Source: an uncultured Pirellulales bacterium
Lineage (GTDB): Bacteria; Planctomycetota; Phycisphaerae; Sedimentisphaerales; Anaerobacaceae
Assembly (NCBI GenBank): GCA_964434085.1
Contig: CAYSTP010000002.1
Span: 1-41,021 of the forward strand
Length of the DNA: 41,021 nt
Reading direction: 5' to 3'
Shown in pieces: positions 18,301-24,576 of this stretch. A program made the translations under genes and the position numbers. Under the pieces are notes generated by a model. It saw nothing but the letters and a program-made list of their open reading frames with translations, did no database searches and was not told the DNA's origin. Each line of letters begins with the position of its first letter. Position 1 is the first letter of the stretch.

Positions 18301-21300
18301 GCACTCATGTTCGGATGATTGAACTGCTTCCAGTAATACACAACAACCATGTCCGCTCTTTGTATATCGTCCGCGGCAACGTTATCTTTATACCGCTTTG
18401 TCATGTTGAAGCTGTCGCCCAGCCGGCGGATTAGATTGTCCGTCTTGAAATCGTGAGCCCAGCCCGGCTGGTCCACTATAAACAGTATGTTCTTGCCGGC
18501 CGGGTTATGCGCCACTGAAATTGCCGTCGCGGAGCTTTGACTATCCTCACCGACACCCCCAAAATCTTCAGAAACATCTGAGATGGTAAAGTGCCGCTTA
18601 CCGGAAGCTGCCACAGGTATATCATCCACGCATTTCCATTTCACATGCATCCCATCGCCTAAATGCAAGCGCATCTTTCGCATAACCAGCTCTATCAGGT
18701 TTCTATCAAAGCCTTTGTCCGGTTGTACCGACACTATAACTTCATCGAGTTTGGTCTGATGAACCTGAAAAGCCTTTACGCCTGGAACGTTATAGAAAAG
18801 ATGCGCGAAGTATTCACCATGAATCCGCCTGCCGTCCGGAGTCCGAATCGTGCTTGTTATGCGACCCTTTATTTCTTTCAGCAGCCCAAAGCCCCTTCCG
18901 CACGGACAATTTTCCTCGGATATCACGCCGACGTCGCCAATTTCATATCTGATAAACGGCATCCCGTAATTAACTAAATCCGTTACAATTATGCTTCCCT
19001 CTTCGCCCGGCTTTGCTGGCCTGCCGTCCTTAATCACCTCTATCAGACGCAAATCAGAGAATATGTGCATCCCGTTATGACACTCGCACTCACAGGCCAG
19101 AGACGGAATCTCTCTGGACCCATACATCTCAAATACTTTACAGCCGAAAACTTGCTCAACCACTTTCCTCTGCCAGTCCCACAGCTTCTCCGCCGCTGAT
19201 TCTATCGCCTTTGGGTGTGGTGCCTGCAGACCCTTGCTCTTGATATAAGAAGCCACCATATACAATGAAGATGCGTAAGCTCGTATCGCATCGGGCTTCC
19301 ACTGAACCAACTCAGCGACGAATTTTTCGATTTGTTCATCCGAACAGTTGAAAGAGTTCAGCCATCTTTGATTAGGAGGATATGATTCGGGCACATCTCT
19401 GTCGGCGCCCCAAATCAGTGCGAGTTTACTCTCTGGTCCATAGCCCATCCATCGCCTGAACCGCAAAGCCGCCGCATCTATCCACGCTTTTGCATTTAAA
19501 TCCCTGTAGAAAACCAAAGGCTGCCCGGTAGAACCTCCGGTCGCATCACGTATAATCTGTTCGGCAGGACAATTCGTCGCTTTCATCGCATCAAGATTCT
19601 GCTGAATGTCAGCCTTTTTGAGTATGGGGATTTTGTGAAAATCGTCCATACTGCGAATGTCGTGCAGGTTAAGCCCTATCGAGTCGAACCGACGACGATA
19701 AAAAGGAACGTTCTTATACGAATGCTCCAACAAAGACTTCAGGTCCTGCCATTGATACCTCTCAATTTCAGCAGGGCTTAGCCACTGGTTCTGTTCCAGC
19801 GCGCTTTCCATGGAATTCGGCACCGTAATTTTTTTGCACACAGACGGCTCATCACACGCGGTAAGTATTTTTTTAGAACCGTCATGCCTCGAACCTTTGG
19901 TGTACCGCTCTTGGTGCAGCTCATGCGGAACTGCCTGATACAAGCCCGAATGCCCCCCAAATGAAACTCCAAGGTCGCCAACCCGCTGGAATCCGGTCTG
20001 TTTGAGAATCTCCTCTTCTTTTCCTTTCAGGTCCGGGTGCAAATGACAGGAAAGCCCCTCGCCAAAACAGGAGCACCAGATAAGAAGCCCGCCGGGTCTT
20101 AATGCACCTCGGATTTCATCAAGCATCTTAATCGGGTCCCACACATGCTCCGCTACATCCGTGCAAATAACCGCGTCCACCGGCTCTTTCAGTGACAAGG
20201 GATATTCCGCAGGCGACATCTCAAATCGACAGGCGGACTGCTGCGACAAGTTCATCTTCTCCGCACGCCAGGCAACATAAGGATGGAAAACCGAATATTC
20301 ATGGTGTACCACGCGCCCAAATCCCATCGCTTTGGCCAACAAGGTTGTATGCCCACCGCCGGCGCCGTAGTCACAAAGCGACTCAACTTTCCGCTCCTTC
20401 AGCATTTTCAACAATCGAACACGTTTAAGCCATGTTTTGCGCCGCAGATGTGTCTGATGGTCGGCGATAAACAGTCCATGTCCCCACGGCAGAATCTTCG
20501 CGCTTGCCTGGTAAAAGGCTTCGACCCTCTCCCTTGACAATGGTCCCTTCGGCCAGATTTGGTCCAGCAACTGATAACGGTTATTCGACATAAACAAAAG
20601 CTGTTCCACGGAAACGGAACCGCCGCAAAACTCATGATACGCCAGAATCTCGTAAGCGGCGTCCCATTCGAGCGGCTGACCTTTCCAGAATAGCTGCCTT
20701 TGCCTTGCCTTCTGAACAATCGAGGCGACACAGACGCGTTCGAACCAGAATTCAAACTCCTTATTCTCCTGCCCACTGAGTACGTCAACGTTCGAGTTTA
20801 CGGTCTTCGCCTGAGGTTGTGCGGAGGAATCTGTTCTGCCCCGACAATCCTGGCAAGTCCGTCTGCGCTGTTTGCGAAAGCAGCTTTGTTTGATGTGCTC
20901 GGTCAAAAGTTTTATACGAACTGACAGACTGTGCCGCTGACGGATGAGCTCCCGTCCAGCCTGACGTATCTGCAGATAACTTTTCGGATTCGTCAGGTAT
21001 TCCTTCGCAAGCTGCTCGAAATCAGACCTGTCAAAAATGATACAGTTTTGCTTATGCTCAAAGCCTAACAGAGCAAGGTCATCGGTCTGCTGCGCAAAGA
21101 GCAGACTTCCCGCCGCAGCAATCTCAAAATATTTCGGCACGGTTAACCTATATTTGGGCGAATCGGACCCTGCTGCTATTGCTGCATCCTTTTTCTGCAA
21201 CCAATCGATGTATTCCGATTCGCTCATTACCTTGTTCTCAACGCCGCTGTTTGTCGCTGATTCAACGAACTCAAAGCTGCGACACCAGTTGCGAAGCTCA

Positions 21301-22130
21301 TAAGCCTCGCCCTTCTGGCCGCCAAAGCAGCATATTTTCGATTGACCTCGAAAGACAATCGGCGCATCGCTTATCCAGCAATCGGGTATAGCCCATGGAA
21401 AATGTATCAACTGTGCAGGCTGAATCCTTCTGAAGTGATGTCTAAACGGCGCCAAGTAGAATGATAACACATAATCCAGCCCGTTCTTCAGAAAGTAATC
21501 TTCCCGCCATTTATTCGCGTGCGGGTCACTATAGAATATATATGAAGGTATCCCCGCCAGCTTTCCACGCAGCGCCTGCGTACGCGTAAGCTCCAGCACC
21601 GGCGACGCCCAGCCCGGCTCCATGGAAATCAGCAAATCAACGTCACCGAGTTTCTCTTCATAGTCCCGCTGATTCTGTATGTAAACGCAGTCAAATCCGC
21701 TTTTTAACGCCTCGACTAAATGAAATGTCGTCGCCGAACACCAGCGATTTTCTTCATGAAACCGCCTGTCAATGACCAGACCCAGTCTTTGTTTCTCGGG
21801 CACCATACAGGGCCTTGTTGTGTCCTCTTCGACAACGGTACTGAGATAATTGTCAGCCGTGTACCTCATCGAAGATATGGCCTTGGCATCGGCCATTGAA
21901 GGTCCTGTAAGTCCGCCTGTACCCACGATTATGTTATCCTTTCCGGCCCGCAGGCCAGCCGTGACAAGACGACTCCCTAACGAATCGCCCGGGGCGCCCC
22001 AAACGCAAATAAAGTGTTTGGGGTGTCCTCTCAGATATTGTCGCGATACGACGTTATTGTCTTTTTTCCTTTGTAAATCCTGGCCAGCGCCTGTGAAACG
22101 TCGTCCATCTGCGCAGACAGGGCCAAACAT
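12327..22130 (-). CDS. Giant multidomain glycan-assembly protein (maximal ORF 3,267 aa): GT-B(CgeB-like)-MTase-ANL ligase-GT4-GT2-GT2-MTase-like-GT9-GT2-GT2
   Basis: 9,804 nt without an in-frame stop.

Motifs read in order:
- PKYFEIAAAGSLLFAQ
- LCDYGAGGG/DAVICTDVAEHVWDP/LRPGGLLIW
- ATGGSTGQPLVFY...RYEIGD
- EGTPNPCLEAAACGAPLLTTRVGNMPELIEDGKNG
- VSVVIVTYDR..VVDNG..FLDDDA
- FSFVMIVLNG..LIDSDE
- AIETGTIRS..LISVDIS..IVIIDD
- KVLIVRSDSIGDLV..CVSPCTAPAHLA
- VSAIVSTYNSEKF..NANTDD
- VSVILPAYNAEKY..INDGSTDGT..KVDADD

The true start is uncertain. The first ~100 nt overlap the upstream ORF in another frame. Internal candidates are GTG 21926 (AAGGA 10 nt upstream), ATG 21896 and ATG 21806. Confidence 0.9.
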   Translation of the reverse strand: MFGPVCADGRRFTGAGQDLQRKKDNNVVSRQYLRGHPKHFICVWGAPGDSLGSRLVTAGLRAGKDNIIVGTGGLTGPSMADAKAISSMRYTADNYLSTVVEEDTTRPCMVPEKQRLGLVIDRRFHEENRWCSATTFHLVEALKSGFDCVYIQNQRDYEEKLGDVDLLISMEPGWASPVLELTRTQALRGKLAGIPSYIFYSDPHANKWREDYFLKNGLDYVLSFYLAPFRHHFRRIQPAQLIHFPWAIPDCWISDAPIVFRGQSKICCFGGQKGEAYELRNWCRSFEFVESATNSGVENKVMSESEYIDWLQKKDAAIAAGSDSPKYRLTVPKYFEIAAAGSLLFAQQTDDLALLGFEHKQNCIIFDRSDFEQLAKEYLTNPKSYLQIRQAGRELIRQRHSLSVRIKLLTEHIKQSCFRKQRRRTCQDCRGRTDSSAQPQAKTVNSNVDVLSGQENKEFEFWFERVCVASIVQKARQRQLFWKGQPLEWDAAYEILAYHEFCGGSVSVEQLLFMSNNRYQLLDQIWPKGPLSRERVEAFYQASAKILPWGHGLFIADHQTHLRRKTWLKRVRLLKMLKERKVESLCDYGAGGGHTTLLAKAMGFGRVVHHEYSVFHPYVAWRAEKMNLSQQSACRFEMSPAEYPLSLKEPVDAVICTDVAEHVWDPIKMLDEIRGALRPGGLLIWCSCFGEGLSCHLHPDLKGKEEEILKQTGFQRVGDLGVSFGGHSGLYQAVPHELHQERYTKGSRHDGSKKILTACDEPSVCKKITVPNSMESALEQNQWLSPAEIERYQWQDLKSLLEHSYKNVPFYRRRFDSIGLNLHDIRSMDDFHKIPILKKADIQQNLDAMKATNCPAEQIIRDATGGSTGQPLVFYRDLNAKAWIDAAALRFRRWMGYGPESKLALIWGADRDVPESYPPNQRWLNSFNCSDEQIEKFVAELVQWKPDAIRAYASSLYMVASYIKSKGLQAPHPKAIESAAEKLWDWQRKVVEQVFGCKVFEMYGSREIPSLACECECHNGMHIFSDLRLIEVIKDGRPAKPGEEGSIIVTDLVNYGMPFIRYEIGDVGVISEENCPCGRGFGLLKEIKGRITSTIRTPDGRRIHGEYFAHLFYNVPGVKAFQVHQTKLDEVIVSVQPDKGFDRNLIELVMRKMRLHLGDGMHVKWKCVDDIPVAASGKRHFTISDVSEDFGGVGEDSQSSATAISVAHNPAGKNILFIVDQPGWAHDFKTDNLIRRLGDSFNMTKRYKDNVAADDIQRADMVVVYYWKQFNHPNMSALLEVFIQNKHKLLIGICSHQEMAGGRDEILGFMRKLARGIFVNSMLLYKEFSPCFEVPVFCTPNGVDTEFFRPAPSRQAHQKLRVGWAGSIKNHGNTRGYHDFIVPATNSVEGVELVVAAREDKWRNRDEMLEFYRSIDVYICASTAEGTPNPCLEAAACGAPLLTTRVGNMPELIEDGKNGFFIERDVNDIKNKLILLRDNPALRLKMSAEILKSIQVWDWNKQAENYRKMFERIMLTKGHAEPNESMQTSPLQAVGSGEANCEAVKYFLKAQDEFNKERFEEAFELMHKYKTSIDYRSLPRFIRGEKTKEVDVSVVIVTYDRTEDVRKCIESVEKQQTPREKYEVIVVDNGLTDEGIIKPLCDQYIKCPANLYLSEGRNIGACFARGGIVAFLDDDAFVGPDYIGSIKEAFNRYDIFGFRGKVLPVTDTEANRQAFNYDRGDGSFCTFCDQEGNSAFLTGIYLDINGMDPLLFGAEGSDLSYRIGKRYKCFNKIIYWPRAVIYHDATAGAAKKARQEWYKVNENYLNLKHGVSISAMRRVAEKEKLPAKCINKNETSTTLQMSETGPKFSFVMIVLNGVPFIEYSLKSIYDFANEIIIVEGAVEKCMFAANPDGSSTDGTVEFIKSFPDPAGKIKLIQGKWLEKCDMQNEALKRITGDYVWLIDSDEVYKGEDLEKIRSILKKDPTITQVNFIPDSFWKGLDYIFTSPKFYEPRNHYRRLFKYVPGAVFTTHRPPTMVWPGIDKTTEQMKLLDGTATRRMGVKFYHYSYVLDKQVKQKIELYRRYGWGKSWGVDLEQWYEQCYMKWKPWNRVDIDAKYPIWTGDKSSHTEEFKGTHPEVMMDFVLEEAAKPSSGKAMEHVIAAVEQLKSSFVDEKISAIETGTIRSFYEEHFSTYHISRSLGDRGKLISVDISEDSLRVSKQLCHELTNIEFIQSDSIKYLDGLEKQKFHLAFLDSVNDKDFIFNEFQLIIPMMAEGGIVIIDDAGICPVNHRIDTSVPAQKGHRVWEFIQSCGLKAELLTTPCNHGTQIKIEMTADNIHKINAGLCGVGGDIRKVLIVRSDSIGDLVIFGGSFQYFRQLYSNCHITLVVADKVGDLAQANPYIDEIITFNRTKITSDQEYAGLFIRQIQSGKYDIAICPAHSRDRVSDFIAMNSGAKERITTSGDTANQTAEQIENNNKYFTRILPASEGIKLETFRNEEFLRQLGAKIEGEYTPAAWFTKDDVDFAESLLERIRVENPILIAPFAQSPIRDWRIDGWSKLISSHRDIPVIICGLEANKLNADKIILLTDHPNVHNLCGETSVRQLAALISRSRLCVSPCTAPAHLAVVAGCPHVVLVGGGHFGRFWPYSELTKMVYKKMDCFGCNWKCKYGKDIKCIKAISFEMVEEAVRASLGIDGKPAVTPLSEVRSDNKEYKYLVSAIVSTYNSEKFIRGCLEDLENQTIADRLEIIVVNSGSQQNEEAIVKEFQAGYSNIVYIKTEQKEGVYAAWNRAVRAASGRFLTNANTDDRHRRDALEILSNELINNPEVALVYGDQICTDTPNATFEKHNAVETYRQPDYSRERLLLGCCVGSQPMWRSSLHEELGYFDETLDCAADWDFWLRVSEGYCFKHIPEFLGLYYFNREGIEHGNEFHSYYERHKVGKRYGTSYISTFETYHTGRNRLVSVILPAYNAEKYIRQAIESVLIQNYRNFELVIINDGSTDGTEEIVRSYKDDHIRYFKQANRGLAATHNEGIRQSRGEFLIKVDADDFIAVDFIGRHLTEFYEHQDADVVYCDDYLVEEDSKPIRIIKRPEYADRRILIRDLFRAGFPVVPFRTCIRRRVFDKIGLFDETLRIGEDYDMMRRFVKAGLKAHHLKAALYYRRLASESLSRQYSVDKARAHFGIVKSYAETFSHDELFPEVQWEQIPSGMRQLHFKCLVAMNFISLGQSYIEVKMPNYAGAALQSAGEQLRGCLEIDPGNGNIRKLIDRCERLEGSLSNAVLVNA

Positions 22131-22366
22131 ATTTGGCCATAAAGCTGCTCAAGGCCCTTGTGACGTTCTTCGAATTGAGGTTCGGCAAAGAATTTCGACT
22201 CCGATACCCGCTCGACCAATTTATGAGCTTTGCCTGCAAGGATTTCCACTTCGCTTATGCTGCCTTTGCGTGCGAGGTCCAGTTGCTCTCTCAGCAGCTC
22301 TTCGAGTTCATCAACCGCCGATTTGAACTGCACCTCGTTTGAGATAGCTGTATCGGTGTTTTTCAT
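22031..22366 (-). CDS. Small all-helical hypothetical protein (111 aa), possibly chaperone-like
   Basis: Its start overlaps the stop of the upstream TPR gene by 4 nt. Charged helical sequence FKSAVDELEELLREQLDLARKG...LEQLYGQICLALSAQMDDVSQALARI. I recognise no diagnostic motif, and it does not look like FliS. Confidence 0.5.
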   Translation of the reverse strand: MKNTDTAISNEVQFKSAVDELEELLREQLDLARKGSISEVEILAGKAHKLVERVSESKFFAEPQFEERHKGLEQLYGQICLALSAQMDDVSQALARIYKGKKTITSYRDNI

Positions 22367-22995
22367 GTCGCGCTTACACCCTGGGCAATTGCACTGGCTT
22401 GATTATGCTCCACTTCTTCGAGAAGATTGGCCGCGTCTTTATTCGTCGGGTCCAGTGCCAGCATATCCAAAAGTATCTGCTTTGATTTTTCGAATTGTCC
22501 GTCTCTCATATACAGCGCTGCGAGCGCAAACATTACCGAAGTATCCGCAGGATGCATCTCGAGATACACTTCGAGGTAGTGAATCACCTTTTCGAACGAA
22601 CCCATTCGACAGCTCGTCTGGAACAGCCCCAGCAGCGCCGTCAGGTTGTCCGTGTCGAGTTCAAGACATTTAAGGTAGAGTTCAAAAGCCTTTTCGCAGT
22701 TATCTCTTTTTTGCTCGACCATAGCCCGCCCGGACCAGCCTTCGGCGCACCTGCCGTCCAGCCGGCACGCGACACGAAACGCAATTTCGGCATCATCCAA
22801 AAGACCGTTCTGAAAGGCTATAACCCCAAGCCCAACATACGGCCCCGGCTCATCCGGCCCAAGGGTTGATGCCTTCTCATAGCAGCGCTTCGCCCCTTCA
22901 TAATTACCGCTCGACGTATAGCAATCCCCCAGTTCTTTGAGAGCTTCATAATGTTGTCGGGCCTGATCCTGGTCAGCTTCACTCATCACATCCAT
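22363..22995 (-). CDS. Tetratricopeptide-repeat (TPR) protein
   Basis: Repeated 34-aa A/Y/L-patterned units (GNYEGAKRCYEKASTLGPDEP, GLLDDAEIAFRVACRLDG, DNCEKAFELYLKCLELDTDN, GQFEKSKQILLDMLALDPTN). Its start overlaps the upstream gene by 10 nt. Confidence 0.8.
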   Translation of the reverse strand: MDVMSEADQDQARQHYEALKELGDCYTSSGNYEGAKRCYEKASTLGPDEPGPYVGLGVIAFQNGLLDDAEIAFRVACRLDGRCAEGWSGRAMVEQKRDNCEKAFELYLKCLELDTDNLTALLGLFQTSCRMGSFEKVIHYLEVYLEMHPADTSVMFALAALYMRDGQFEKSKQILLDMLALDPTNKDAANLLEEVEHNQASAIAQGVSAT

Positions 22996-24572
22996 TGCAG
23001 TTGCCTTCCTTCAAGTATTTCTTCCGCCTGCTCCAACAAACTTATAGCCGTATTAAACTCATTGCGCGCACGGCAAATCTTCGCCTCGGTCAGCAGTGTA
23101 TCTACAGTCGGCCTCTCTTCATTAACCTGGTGACTATACTCCAGGGCCCGCTTAAATTCGCCGGCCTTGTAGAAACTGCGCGCCGCAAGCCCCTTCATCC
23201 ACACCTCGTTTTTGTGGTTGTCGGCGATGTACTCATAAATTTGGGCGGCGGTTGCCCAATTGCCGTTTTCTTCATTGTCGCGTGCTTCGTTGTACAGCTC
23301 ATCGAACTGAAAAGAAATATCGTCGGGCTTGAGCCGTTCCAGGTTGATACCTGCACGCTTTAGTGATTCGCGCACCGGCAGATGTGCAAACTGCCGTCGC
23401 GCCTGCATGAGAACTTCCTTGCGGACAACCGCAGCCCAGAGTTTATCGCCCGATAGCTCCAGCTCCAGGCCCGGCCTGTCGGCGGCGCCGTTAAGAAGGG
23501 CATAAAGCGGGTCTTCCATCCACATCTCACAAATCGGATATCCACGCGGCACAATCGTAACATAATCACCCTGACAAACCGCCAAGCAAGCATCAACCTG
23601 CTCATCCGCCGAACAGCCCCGCCGCAGTGGAACGTTGACCAGGTTCGGCATTTCGGTATTGATAGCGGCAAAGTCCCGCCAAGGTACCGGCAAATAAACT
23701 TCATAAGGATAGAACGTGTGTCTCCAGATAAGTCCCAACGTATTACCGGCCTGCTGGTCGAATCTGTCCGCCGTAAATATCACCGACATGTCATCCACTT
23801 TCGGCCAGGGTTTTGGCGGCCGGGTCGTGCGAATCGCCATAACATTACGCGTGTAATCCTTTTTATCTTTTCGCCTTTGGACGCTTATCCGGTCCGACTC
23901 ACCCATTGATGCATAGAATTCGCCTGTAATATCATGTATATGATGAAAATCACTGTAGAAAACCAGACGCTTGGTAAGGTCCCAGTCGATAAGTACATTA
24001 AGATTTTCGTTGTAAGGCCCGGCTCTGTCCAGAAGGTCCCGCCGATGCATCAGGCTTACATGCAGAGCGTGATTGAAATAAAACATGAAAAAGCGGTCGA
24101 AGTCCCGGCTGACTTCCACGATTTTACTTAGAACGGTTCGACTGCCGTCGGCGTTGACTCGACAGTAAGTCTTGTACAAATCGCTGTATGCGACGTGGCA
24201 ATCGGTTTTATTTTCCAGAACATCAACCAGCGTGCTGACATGATGCCGATAGAATAAATCGTCGTCACCGAGATAGCAAACGTACTTTCCCTGTGCTTTG
24301 GCAAGTGCTTCATTGAGACGGTAAGGCAGACCTCGATTTTCTTCGCCGTTTATGAAGATAATTCTTGGGTCACCAAAAGACTCGACTACATCGGTGACAT
24401 CCTGCCCTCCGTCATTCATCACAAAGATTTCCAGATTCTCGTAGTCCTGACGAACAACACTTTCTATGGCAACAGATAGATAATACGGCCGGTTGTACGT
24501 AGGTATCAGTGCCGTAACAAGCGGTCCGCTGTTTTTGTCGTAAGAATGGTTCATCAAATTTCTCACGCGCAA
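22986..24572 (-). CDS. GT2-family glycosyltransferase with C-terminal TPR domain
   Basis: N-terminal LVTALIPTYNRPYYLSVAIESVVRQDYENLEIFVMNDGGQD...YLGDDD (GT-A fold with a DxD motif). C-terminal GNWATAAQIYEYIADNH..GEFKRALEYSHQVNE..NEFNTAISLLEQAEE TPR-like repeats. Confidence 0.85.
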   Translation of the reverse strand: MRVRNLMNHSYDKNSGPLVTALIPTYNRPYYLSVAIESVVRQDYENLEIFVMNDGGQDVTDVVESFGDPRIIFINGEENRGLPYRLNEALAKAQGKYVCYLGDDDLFYRHHVSTLVDVLENKTDCHVAYSDLYKTYCRVNADGSRTVLSKIVEVSRDFDRFFMFYFNHALHVSLMHRRDLLDRAGPYNENLNVLIDWDLTKRLVFYSDFHHIHDITGEFYASMGESDRISVQRRKDKKDYTRNVMAIRTTRPPKPWPKVDDMSVIFTADRFDQQAGNTLGLIWRHTFYPYEVYLPVPWRDFAAINTEMPNLVNVPLRRGCSADEQVDACLAVCQGDYVTIVPRGYPICEMWMEDPLYALLNGAADRPGLELELSGDKLWAAVVRKEVLMQARRQFAHLPVRESLKRAGINLERLKPDDISFQFDELYNEARDNEENGNWATAAQIYEYIADNHKNEVWMKGLAARSFYKAGEFKRALEYSHQVNEERPTVDTLLTEAKICRARNEFNTAISLLEQAEEILEGRQLQWM

Positions 24573-24576
24573 CTAT

